From a virus (lineage: Duplodnaviria > Caudoviricetes): a stretch of 64,000 nt of DNA. The translations under genes and the position numbers were made by a program. The notes below the pieces were generated by a model. That model saw nothing but the letters and a program-made list of their open reading frames with translations, was not told where the DNA came from and did no database searches. Positions 1 to 7,080 of this stretch are shown here, one piece after another. Numbering within the stretch: the first letter of the stretch is position 1; every line of letters starts with the position of its first letter. The stretch is taken from IMG/VR virus record IMGVR_UViG_3300012953_003264, positions 1 through 64,000 of that record, one strand, 5' to 3'.

Positions 1-39
1 AGCAAAGTTAATAATTGATACCTCTATTGAGCGTATCAT
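1..39 (-). CDS. 5' end of a gene running off the window (MIRSIEVSIINFA...)
   Basis: ATG at 39 lies 3 nt downstream of TATAAATA; the frame is open to the window edge. Confidence 0.5.
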   Translation of the reverse strand, partial: MIRSIEVSIINFA

Positions 40-42
40 AGT

Positions 43-50
43 TATTTATA
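43..50 (-). promoter_or_regulatory. T4-type late promoter TATAAATA
   Basis: Exact gp55 consensus. Confidence 0.7.
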
Positions 51-81
51 TAAGTATCTTTCCTCATATTTCAAGTATAAC

Positions 82-117
82 TGGTAGTTTTTTCTTTTTT
101 GAGTTTAAAAACTACCA
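82..117. terminator. Inverted repeat (TGGTAGTTTTT/AAAAACTACCA), possible terminator or 3' hairpin of the candidate RNA
   Basis: 11-bp inverted repeat in an intergenic region. Confidence 0.45.
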
Positions 118-143
118 AAAACATTAACTCGCAGCTTAAGTTT

Positions 144-410
144 TTCAGAGGTTAAAACCAGGCGCAAATGCCAAAAACTCCATCCAGGTCCACTCTCGCT
201 TCTCTGAATTCTGGTGGGTTGAGGTAGGCCTCACCCTCATTATACTAACTTGTCTTACCAAGCCTATCACCGAAGTGCTACGAAGGCCAATGAACCCGAA
301 ACTGGTGGGCTTTTTGTTTGATGGTAGAAGCCCATAACTACCGCTTGATTTTGCCATTATTGCAGGGGTCAAGCTACCCTCCACGCCCCTGGTCTTATGA
401 ATCGCCAGGT
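144..410 (-). ncRNA. Candidate structured ncRNA with two tandem H-type pseudoknots
   Basis: Manual pairing gives a 5' hairpin CCUGG/CCAGG, pseudoknot A 343-391, pseudoknot B 307-342, a C(UUCG)G hairpin 261-287, hairpin 216-236 and closing stem 202-208/144-150; GATAAATA lies upstream at 416-423. Confidence 0.65.
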
Positions 411-415
411 ATCAC

Positions 416-423
416 TATTTATC
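416..423 (-). promoter_or_regulatory. Late promoter variant GATAAATA upstream of the candidate ncRNA
   Basis: One mismatch to TATAAATA; the same variant recurs at 13473, 46916 and 56030. Confidence 0.5.
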
Positions 424-453
424 ATCATTATGTAAAGCACAGGCATGGAATTC

Positions 454-663
454 CTAAAATCCTCTAATCTTTTCCAACTTGGCCATTCGTTTTTTAACAT
501 TTTTTATACCTTGTTTTTTAGCCTCTCTCTTTTTTTCAGAGGGTTTGGTATAAAACTGGCGCTCTTTTAATTCTCTTACTATGCCTTCCTTCATTACTTT
601 TTTCTTCAGGACTCTCATAGCTTTTTCTAAATTACCACCTCTTACTTGAACAGTTATACTCAC
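454..663 (-). CDS. rpsU: Ribosomal protein bS21
   Basis: 69-aa basic protein (V.VRGGNLEKAMRVLKKK...RQFYTKPSEKKR) typical of bS21; GTG start with AAAGGA SD. Confidence 0.93.
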   Translation of the reverse strand: MSITVQVRGGNLEKAMRVLKKKVMKEGIVRELKERQFYTKPSEKKREAKKQGIKNVKKRMAKLEKIRGF

Positions 664-685
664 TTATATTATTTCCTTTCCGTGT

Positions 686-714
686 AAAAAGGTGGAGGGC
701 ACTACCCCTCCACC
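686..714 (-). terminator. Rho-independent terminator after the AAA+ gene
   Basis: GGTGGAGGG-loop-CCCTCCACC followed by TTTTT on the minus strand. Confidence 0.75.
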
Positions 715-739
715 AGGACTTACACTATGATTAATAGAT

Positions 740-1960
740 TTAAACAACATCTTGGTCGTCTGACTCACTATCATTGTCATCCATTTGAGAATTGATATCC
801 TCTTGTCTTTGCTGTTCAGCAATCTGCTCAGCAGAAGCACCAGCGTCAACTTTGGTATACAATTCAATAAATGAATTCTTTGTATCATCATCAAACCTGT
901 TAGTACAAACTTCAACAGCTTTCATCTTTTTATTAAAGATAGAATATGCTTGAATGATGTGGACCAATCTTCTAGTAGATATAATCTCATCAACACCACC
1001 GTCAAAGTAGGTTTTTCTGATTACATCAGCCCATGTTACCAATTTCTTACAAAAGTCGGCGTCTTTTTTACCTGACTTAGCAAGAGTCTGTACAAGGATT
1101 TTTTCCTCTACAGATGGTGTAGGGTAACTTTGTTCAAAGGTAATTGGAAATCTTTCCAAAAACGCTTCGTTAAGAACATTAGTACCGATAAATTTTCCGT
1201 CATCACTACCTTGACCTTTTGTATTGGCAGTAGCAACACAGTTGAAACCATGAGAAGGTTTAATAAATTTGTTAATCTTTTTAACAAAGACACCAGAACC
1301 TTCAAGAATAGGTTGTAAACACATAATCTTGTTTGAAGCAAGGTCAATCTCATCAAGAAGAAGCACAGCGCCTCTCTCCATGGCTTCAATTACAGGACCA
1401 TTTTGCCAAACAGTTTGACCATCTTTAAGTCTATAACCACCTAATAGGTCGTCTTCATCTGTTTCAATTGTAATATTAACTCTTATGAGTTCTCTTTTAT
1501 TCTCAGCACACGCTTGAGTAACACCCATAGTCTTACCATTACCTGAAAGACCAGTAATAAAAACAGGATAAAACATCTTGCTTTTAATAATACTCTTAAC
1601 ATCTGGATAATTACCAAATGATACGAATACAGGATCCTTTTCAGGAACAATGTTACCAACTAAAGAAGATACTACATAAGCAGCTTCTTTATTAGTTTCA
1701 GGAACAGGTGCTGTTTCTAAAACTTTTTCAGTTTGAACATTAGGTATAGAAACCGTTGTTGTATTAACTGTATCATTCTCACTAGGGAGTTTGAATAGAG
1801 ATTTGCCGACTTTGAAATCGGGATTTTTAATCAACCATTGAGGTGCATATTTGCAACCAAAATGTTTGTTGGCTTCTTTTAGTTGAGAAACCGTAAGTTC
1901 ATTAGTACCAAACTTTTTTGAAGCGTGGTCTACAAACTCTTTTTGTTTAGTGTTTAACAT
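740..1960 (-). CDS. MoxR/CbbQ/CobS-like AAA+ ATPase
   Basis: Walker A GLSGNGKT, Walker B LLLDEID, ATAN, FLERF; start moved to MLNTKQ (1960) behind GAAAGGA. Confidence 0.88.
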   Translation of the reverse strand: MLNTKQKEFVDHASKKFGTNELTVSQLKEANKHFGCKYAPQWLIKNPDFKVGKSLFKLPSENDTVNTTTVSIPNVQTEKVLETAPVPETNKEAAYVVSSLVGNIVPEKDPVFVSFGNYPDVKSIIKSKMFYPVFITGLSGNGKTMGVTQACAENKRELIRVNITIETDEDDLLGGYRLKDGQTVWQNGPVIEAMERGAVLLLDEIDLASNKIMCLQPILEGSGVFVKKINKFIKPSHGFNCVATANTKGQGSDDGKFIGTNVLNEAFLERFPITFEQSYPTPSVEEKILVQTLAKSGKKDADFCKKLVTWADVIRKTYFDGGVDEIISTRRLVHIIQAYSIFNKKMKAVEVCTNRFDDDTKNSFIELYTKVDAGASAEQIAEQQRQEDINSQMDDNDSESDDQDVV

Positions 1961-2000
1961 AGTGTATTGTCCTTTCACTTTCATTATTAATTATATGGAT

Positions 2001-2062
2001 ATCCTATCATAGTGATTCGCATTTGGCAACCCTTTATTTTTTCTATACCAGGTAAGGGTTTC
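2001..2062 (-). promoter_or_regulatory. Sigma70-like promoter TTGCCA-17-TAGGAT with upstream 22-bp conserved element
   Basis: The element and the spacer motif TGCGAATC are shared with 4399-4479. Confidence 0.65.
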
Positions 2063-2071
2063 GGATATCAT

Positions 2072-4369
2072 TTATGCGACCTCCTGAATAAATTTGTTCA
2101 ATACAACCCTTGAAACCAGACGATTCGCCATTGATTTACCAAAGATTCTTTTTAACTCTGAAGCAGTTCCTTTTTTAACTTCTTCTTTACTCATATCAAA
2201 GTTTTGAACATCTAGTTTTTTACCATCAAGGATAAAGTATTTGTTATAACCATCTTCATCAACAGCAATTGCCTTGTTTTGAGTCATCTCTTTTCTTAAT
2301 CTCATGTATTTTACATGCTTATCAGAATAATCTTTATAGTCTTTGATATGTTTTTCAATGTCCCATTTTCTAATTCTTTTAACAATATAGAAACCAATAA
2401 TATTAACATCATGCTGGTTTTTAATATGATTTAGTAATTTAGAAGTTATGTTACCATCACTAACAAATTTCTTGTTGTCAATTTCATAGACATTTTTATT
2501 AGTCCATCTCTTTTCACCTAAATTCATACCAATAATATCGCCTCTAGGATAATTACCAGAACCATCTGTAAGTGTAATAAATGTCAATTTCTCAATACCA
2601 TATTTCTTTTTGTACATAGGTATCATTTTATTCATATAGATTAATGATTCATTTAATGGTGTATTACCAAGATAGTATTCACTAGGCATACCATAGTTAT
2701 CACTTTGAGCAAAGTAATCTTCTCTATCATCATTCCACTTTTGTCTAACATATCTATTGTCAAAATAATGACCCATTTGATAAAGAGTTCTCAATGAAAC
2801 ATCCATTTCTTTTTTAGACATACGGTGAGATATACAATTTACTAAATGAAAATCCTCAAAGTCATATTCACCAGAGTTTTTTGAAAAACCTTTAGTTTCA
2901 TTTTCTCTATTTCTTTCACTTGTAAAGAAGTAAACTTCAAAAGGAATATTAACTTTTCTAGTAAACTCAACTAAATTAATTAATTGTTTTACAGTATTAA
3001 ATATTACATCACTCATAGAACCAGACCAATCAAGTAACATCATCATACCATGGTTTTTACCGTCAGGTATAATAGTCAACTTTTTAAATATGTCTTCATT
3101 GTATTTGTAAGTAGGTAATTTTAAAGGGTCAATAATACCAGTTTTATCTTGACTTGCTCTCTTATAAGCAGCCGCTGATTTTTTCATCTCAAATTCTTTA
3201 ACAAGATACATAACAGTTTTCTTGTTTTCTTTCATAAAACTTTTATATGATTTATCTAACCAAGCGTCAAAGTTTTTAACATTATAGTATTGTCTTTGAT
3301 AAGTTCTATGTTCAGACATTTTCTTTAAGAAAGTTTTATAACCAGTTAAGTTACCGTCTTTACCAAGATTAGGAGAAGGTATTTTACCATAATTAAAACC
3401 TTTAGCGTCACCTTCTACAAGCTGTTCTTGTTTTCTTTGATAAGAGTCATCTGTAATTGCTTTAAGTTTTTTAGGTTCTTTGAAATCGCCACCAGCGCCA
3501 TGAGAATAACTATCGGGGGTTCCTTCATCTGATTTTTCTTCATCTGATTCTTCATTTGATTTACTAGATGAAGCATTGTTACTATTGGAATTTTTTTCAT
3601 CATCTGCTTTTTGGTCACCAAAATTATTGAAATCATTTTTTTCGTCTTCAGCGTCATCATTTTCTTCAGCGTCTGAATCAGAACCTTGACCACCATCTTG
3701 TTCATCTTGGTCATCATCATCATCACCAAAACCATCATCATCTTCATCTTCTTGTAAATCATAAGACATTGCCATAGGGTGCATATCAAAGTCAGGTAAT
3801 TTTTTCATTTCTTCAACTTGCTCTTTTTGCCAATCAAGCATTTCTTTAGCCAAAGTCAACACATCATCAAAAGTTTTAACAGCGTCAACTTTAGCTAACC
3901 AATCGTTATCTATAGGAGCAAATATGAATGGTAATCTATTTAATGATTTTGACCTTAAATTAATCTTGTCAATAATCATTAGTTCTTTATTGATATCTTT
4001 ACCAGAGATACCAAAGAAATTCTGTTTTTCTAATATATCAAAACCATTCTCATAGTTTCTAACAACACCAGGATATTTTGATTGAATCATTTTGTCAATT
4101 CTAGTATCTTCAATCACATTAACATATGACCTTAATTCGTCATTATCAATACCTTGCCATTGTTCATAAGGAGTCCACAATGCATGAGCACACTCATGGG
4201 CGATTAACATATCATATACATCACCAGATTTTTGTTTGAATATTGGAAGAGTTAAGACTCTATTCTTTACATCAAAAGAAGCCGTCTTTACATTGTTATG
4301 TTGAATAACAATATTTTCTGTAGCAAGTAATTTTGCTAGATTGCTTTTTACATCAAGGTTGATAGTCAT
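2072..4369 (-). CDS. HExxH metallopeptidase-like domain, acidic linker and VWA (MIDAS) domain; CobT-like partner of the AAA+
   Basis: HECAH; D/E-rich linker; LLDWSGSM and TDG; start moved to MTINLDV behind AAAGGA. Confidence 0.82.
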   Translation of the reverse strand: MTINLDVKSNLAKLLATENIVIQHNNVKTASFDVKNRVLTLPIFKQKSGDVYDMLIAHECAHALWTPYEQWQGIDNDELRSYVNVIEDTRIDKMIQSKYPGVVRNYENGFDILEKQNFFGISGKDINKELMIIDKINLRSKSLNRLPFIFAPIDNDWLAKVDAVKTFDDVLTLAKEMLDWQKEQVEEMKKLPDFDMHPMAMSYDLQEDEDDDGFGDDDDDQDEQDGGQGSDSDAEENDDAEDEKNDFNNFGDQKADDEKNSNSNNASSSKSNEESDEEKSDEGTPDSYSHGAGGDFKEPKKLKAITDDSYQRKQEQLVEGDAKGFNYGKIPSPNLGKDGNLTGYKTFLKKMSEHRTYQRQYYNVKNFDAWLDKSYKSFMKENKKTVMYLVKEFEMKKSAAAYKRASQDKTGIIDPLKLPTYKYNEDIFKKLTIIPDGKNHGMMMLLDWSGSMSDVIFNTVKQLINLVEFTRKVNIPFEVYFFTSERNRENETKGFSKNSGEYDFEDFHLVNCISHRMSKKEMDVSLRTLYQMGHYFDNRYVRQKWNDDREDYFAQSDNYGMPSEYYLGNTPLNESLIYMNKMIPMYKKKYGIEKLTFITLTDGSGNYPRGDIIGMNLGEKRWTNKNVYEIDNKKFVSDGNITSKLLNHIKNQHDVNIIGFYIVKRIRKWDIEKHIKDYKDYSDKHVKYMRLRKEMTQNKAIAVDEDGYNKYFILDGKKLDVQNFDMSKEEVKKGTASELKRIFGKSMANRLVSRVVLNKFIQEVA

Positions 4370-4398
4370 AGTGTTGTCCTTTTTAATCATATAAGGAC

Positions 4399-4479
4399 AT
4401 ACTAAAGGAAAGATTCGCAAAAGTCAAGCACTAAAAGCGCTTTTTTTTAATTTTTTTTTCTATACCAGGTAAGGGTTTC
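4399..4479 (-). promoter_or_regulatory. Sigma70-like promoter TTGACT-17-TAGTAT with upstream 22-bp conserved element
   Basis: Twin of 2001-2062. Confidence 0.65.
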
Positions 4480-4524
4480 CGGCGGTCATATAAAAAAAGT
4501 ACATCCTGACGCAGCTATTTTTGA

Positions 4525-4929
4525 CTATCTTTCGTCTCCGGAACCATGAATCGTGCCTAATTTCTGTCGATTCGCTAGTTTTTCAAGGTTGCGATTCGCT
4601 ATATCAGATAAAGATACTCCAAGGTCATCTGCTAAAACAGCACAATACCATAGGACATCTCCTATTTCATCACCAATTTTCTGTTTTAATTCATCTGTTA
4701 GTTCTTGGTTATCTCTTAATAGTTTTTTAACCTTGTTTGCCACCTCACCTGCCTCACCAGCAAGGCCTATAGCAGGATATACAATACTGTAATCTCTAGG
4801 ATATATGGCCGTTGCCTTAGCAGACTTTTGATACATGTCTAAATCATCTAGTCTTGAATATTGGTCCCATTCACTACTATAACCAGTAGTTTTATGTCCT
4901 AAATCTAGTTCTAATTGACCATTGCTCAT
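4525..4929 (-). CDS. mazG: MazG-like NTP pyrophosphohydrolase
   Basis: GLAGEAGEVANKVKK...DEIGDVLWY. Confidence 0.9.
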   Translation of the reverse strand: MSNGQLELDLGHKTTGYSSEWDQYSRLDDLDMYQKSAKATAIYPRDYSIVYPAIGLAGEAGEVANKVKKLLRDNQELTDELKQKIGDEIGDVLWYCAVLADDLGVSLSDIANRNLEKLANRQKLGTIHGSGDER

Positions 4930-5189
4930 AATGACATTCCTTCTGGTTCGTGTATATTTAATGATTTAATCTCTTCAACAATATTTGTATCTACGCAATT
5001 TGCTAATTTAGGTGGTAAACCTTTAAATGCCATAGAAGCTTTTAAAAAGTATGTGTTTGAGTTTTCATGTAGTTCAGCCATACATTCTTCATAACTTTCA
5101 AATGAATTATTGAACATAAAAATTGGTTGTCCGGTTTCTATATTAGGTGTAGTGATGTTCATAACCACAATTATAAAGTATTCTAACAT
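4926..5189 (-). CDS. Hypothetical protein with hydrophobic N-terminus
   Basis: ORF overlaps its neighbours by a few nt, as in an operon. Confidence 0.6.
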   Translation of the reverse strand: MLEYFIIVVMNITTPNIETGQPIFMFNNSFESYEECMAELHENSNTYFLKASMAFKGLPPKLANCVDTNIVEEIKSLNIHEPEGMSL

Positions 5190-5191
5190 TT

Positions 5192-6490
5192 TTATCTCCC
5201 TACCTGTGTCAGGTATTTGTCTTTAGTTTCTTGCCATGACATATAGATTATGTCGTCATAAAAATGAGTTTCTTTGGAAACTCTACCTTGTTTCTGTAAA
5301 CTTGCTAATCTCTTCTTAGCATATTTATTTTTCCAAAGGTCAGTTAGTGCCTGTGTTGAATTGTCAAACCTCCTTTCTAATTTATCTAATGATATTTCTT
5401 CTCTTAAAAATTCTCTTGTATTATTATATAGTTCGCCAAAGTATATACCTCTAGCGTGTTCAGATTTAATTAATTTTTTATCTATTCCTAATTGGTTGTA
5501 TGTAAAAGTATGACTTCTATTTCTATGGTCTCTTTTATGTGGTTGACCTGTGTCTTTCTTTGCAACATACCATTCAAAATATTTGTAAGTATGATTTTTC
5601 ATTAACCATGCCTGTATCATTTTTCTAGTTGGTAATAATGGTTCGTATGATACACTACCTGCTGTCCAGCCCATTTTCTTCCAGTATTTTAATCTATCGT
5701 ATTGTGATAATGGTATTTCTTTTGTTTTACCATATAAACTTGTAGTAGTTACACCTACTAACTTATCTTTATATTGATGTTCCCAGGTCTTCTCAACCGT
5801 ATCTGATAGACATAATAATGCTAATAATTTACCACCTACTAGATTATAACCTAAAGGTTGTATTGGCACAATCGTACTACCAATACAAGTATGATTAATC
5901 ATTTTTTGAGTTTTAGGTTCTCTTTGCCAACCAATATAGTTATCTCTAGGTGTAAGGTCTAAAAAATCACTAGACATACAAGTAACACCAAGATACTTTT
6001 TTGTTTTTTTATCTCTAATTAAAAAGTTTAGGTTTCTACCAATATTACTATTGTTTTTCATGGTAGACAAAAAGGTTCTTAAACCATTCCAGATTGCTGG
6101 CATTTTACTACCAGTTATAGACCTAACTTCATCACCATCTGTCCATAATAATTCAGGTTCTAAATCAATATATTCTTCGGGGTCTTCTGGTAACCAGAAA
6201 TTGTTTTTTATCTCTTGTAATAACGCACCTTGTTCAGGATTTTTAAGTGTAGGTTTATCATCAAAGAATGAATTAGTTTCTACTGTAGGAAATTTGTCAT
6301 GTACTTCACACCATTTTTGATATAAAGTATATTCTTTTACATCCATTTTAGAAACATAAGACAAGTCTTTTATAACTGCCTCTTTTAAAGTTTCTGTATC
6401 TGGTGCTTCTATTTTATCTAAAGGATTGTTGTCTTGCCAACTTTGCCATTGGTCTTCAATAGACATACCTTTCTTCCAACTATAAACCAT
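5192..6490 (-). CDS. DUF4338 / Druantia DruA-like protein
   Basis: GRNLNFLIRD..YLG..SDFLDL.PRDNYIGW; GYNLVGGKLLALL; VTTTSLYG; SQYDRL; start probably the second Met (6490). Confidence 0.7.
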   Translation of the reverse strand: MVYSWKKGMSIEDQWQSWQDNNPLDKIEAPDTETLKEAVIKDLSYVSKMDVKEYTLYQKWCEVHDKFPTVETNSFFDDKPTLKNPEQGALLQEIKNNFWLPEDPEEYIDLEPELLWTDGDEVRSITGSKMPAIWNGLRTFLSTMKNNSNIGRNLNFLIRDKKTKKYLGVTCMSSDFLDLTPRDNYIGWQREPKTQKMINHTCIGSTIVPIQPLGYNLVGGKLLALLCLSDTVEKTWEHQYKDKLVGVTTTSLYGKTKEIPLSQYDRLKYWKKMGWTAGSVSYEPLLPTRKMIQAWLMKNHTYKYFEWYVAKKDTGQPHKRDHRNRSHTFTYNQLGIDKKLIKSEHARGIYFGELYNNTREFLREEISLDKLERRFDNSTQALTDLWKNKYAKKRLASLQKQGRVSKETHFYDDIIYMSWQETKDKYLTQVGR

Positions 6491-6496
6491 AATATT

Positions 6497-6525
6497 ACTA
6501 TACACCTATTGATTAAAAATGTCAA
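6497..6525 (-). promoter_or_regulatory. Sigma70-like promoter TTGACA-17-TATAGT
   Basis: Near-consensus; predicted +1 falls on the ATG at 6490. Confidence 0.7.
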
Positions 6526-7076
6526 GTCTGTCTTGATTTTCGTAAAATTTTTATATGTTTCAATGCTTTTTTGGTGGCCATATCTAGTTTCATCTTACTT
6601 ACATGCTCTGTATAGGTTCTACCTAATATATGGTCATATTCGTGTTGAATGATTCGACTAATCATACCATCAGCGTGTGTTTCTTTTAATTTACCTTCTT
6701 CATCTTCATACCTTAAAACACATTTTCTAGGCCTAGTTACATTTAAAAACAAGAAAGGAAAGGATAAACAACCTTCTTTTATCATAACTGTTTCATTACT
6801 TACATTTTCTATTTCTGGATTAAAACAAGTTAATCTTAATCCTTTTTCTATACTAGGATGTCCACCAACAACAAACATATTAAAAGGTAAACCTACTTGA
6901 TTAGCCGTTAAACCTACACCACCATTTTTTATCATACAATCAAACATTTCATCTGATAATTCTTTTCTATCTTTATATCCACCTATTTCTAACATATCAT
7001 CATCAAATGGTGCTATCTTTGAATTAAGTCTAGGATCCCTAGCTGATATTAATTTTAATGGTTCTCTTTTTTTCAT
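6522..7076 (-). CDS. def: Peptide deformylase
   Basis: GVGLTANQVG, EGCLS, QHEYDH. Confidence 0.95.
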   Translation of the reverse strand: MKKREPLKLISARDPRLNSKIAPFDDDMLEIGGYKDRKELSDEMFDCMIKNGGVGLTANQVGLPFNMFVVGGHPSIEKGLRLTCFNPEIENVSNETVMIKEGCLSFPFLFLNVTRPRKCVLRYEDEEGKLKETHADGMISRIIQHEYDHILGRTYTEHVSKMKLDMATKKALKHIKILRKSRQT

Positions 7077-7080
7077 ATGT

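Noticed and set aside
145-384. 79-aa minus-strand ORF
   Set aside because: It lies wholly in the structured GC-richer segment, has no SD and no recognisable motif. It is more likely a by-product of the RNA, although a translated peptide is not excluded.
144-410. tmRNA, RNase P, twister or hammerhead identity for the structured RNA
   Set aside because: Tandem pseudoknots recall tmRNA, but I found no T-arm/CCA end or Ala-ending tag frame. The RNase P GAGGAAAGUCC and the ribozyme cores are also absent.
691-714. GTGGAGGG(G)TAG shared between the AAA+ terminator and loop 1 of pseudoknot A
   Set aside because: The match is short and could be chance; long-range pairing cannot be supported without covariation data.
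664-915. 83-aa ORF overlapping the AAA+ 3' end
   Set aside because: It is an alternate frame that runs through the terminator hairpin.
3500-3780. TCATCA-rich low-complexity tract
   Set aside because: It simply encodes the acidic Asp/Glu linker of the VWA protein.
740-4369. Cobalamin biosynthesis (cobS/cobT)
   Set aside because: There is no cobN or other cob gene; the generic MoxR-VWA architecture explains the similarity.
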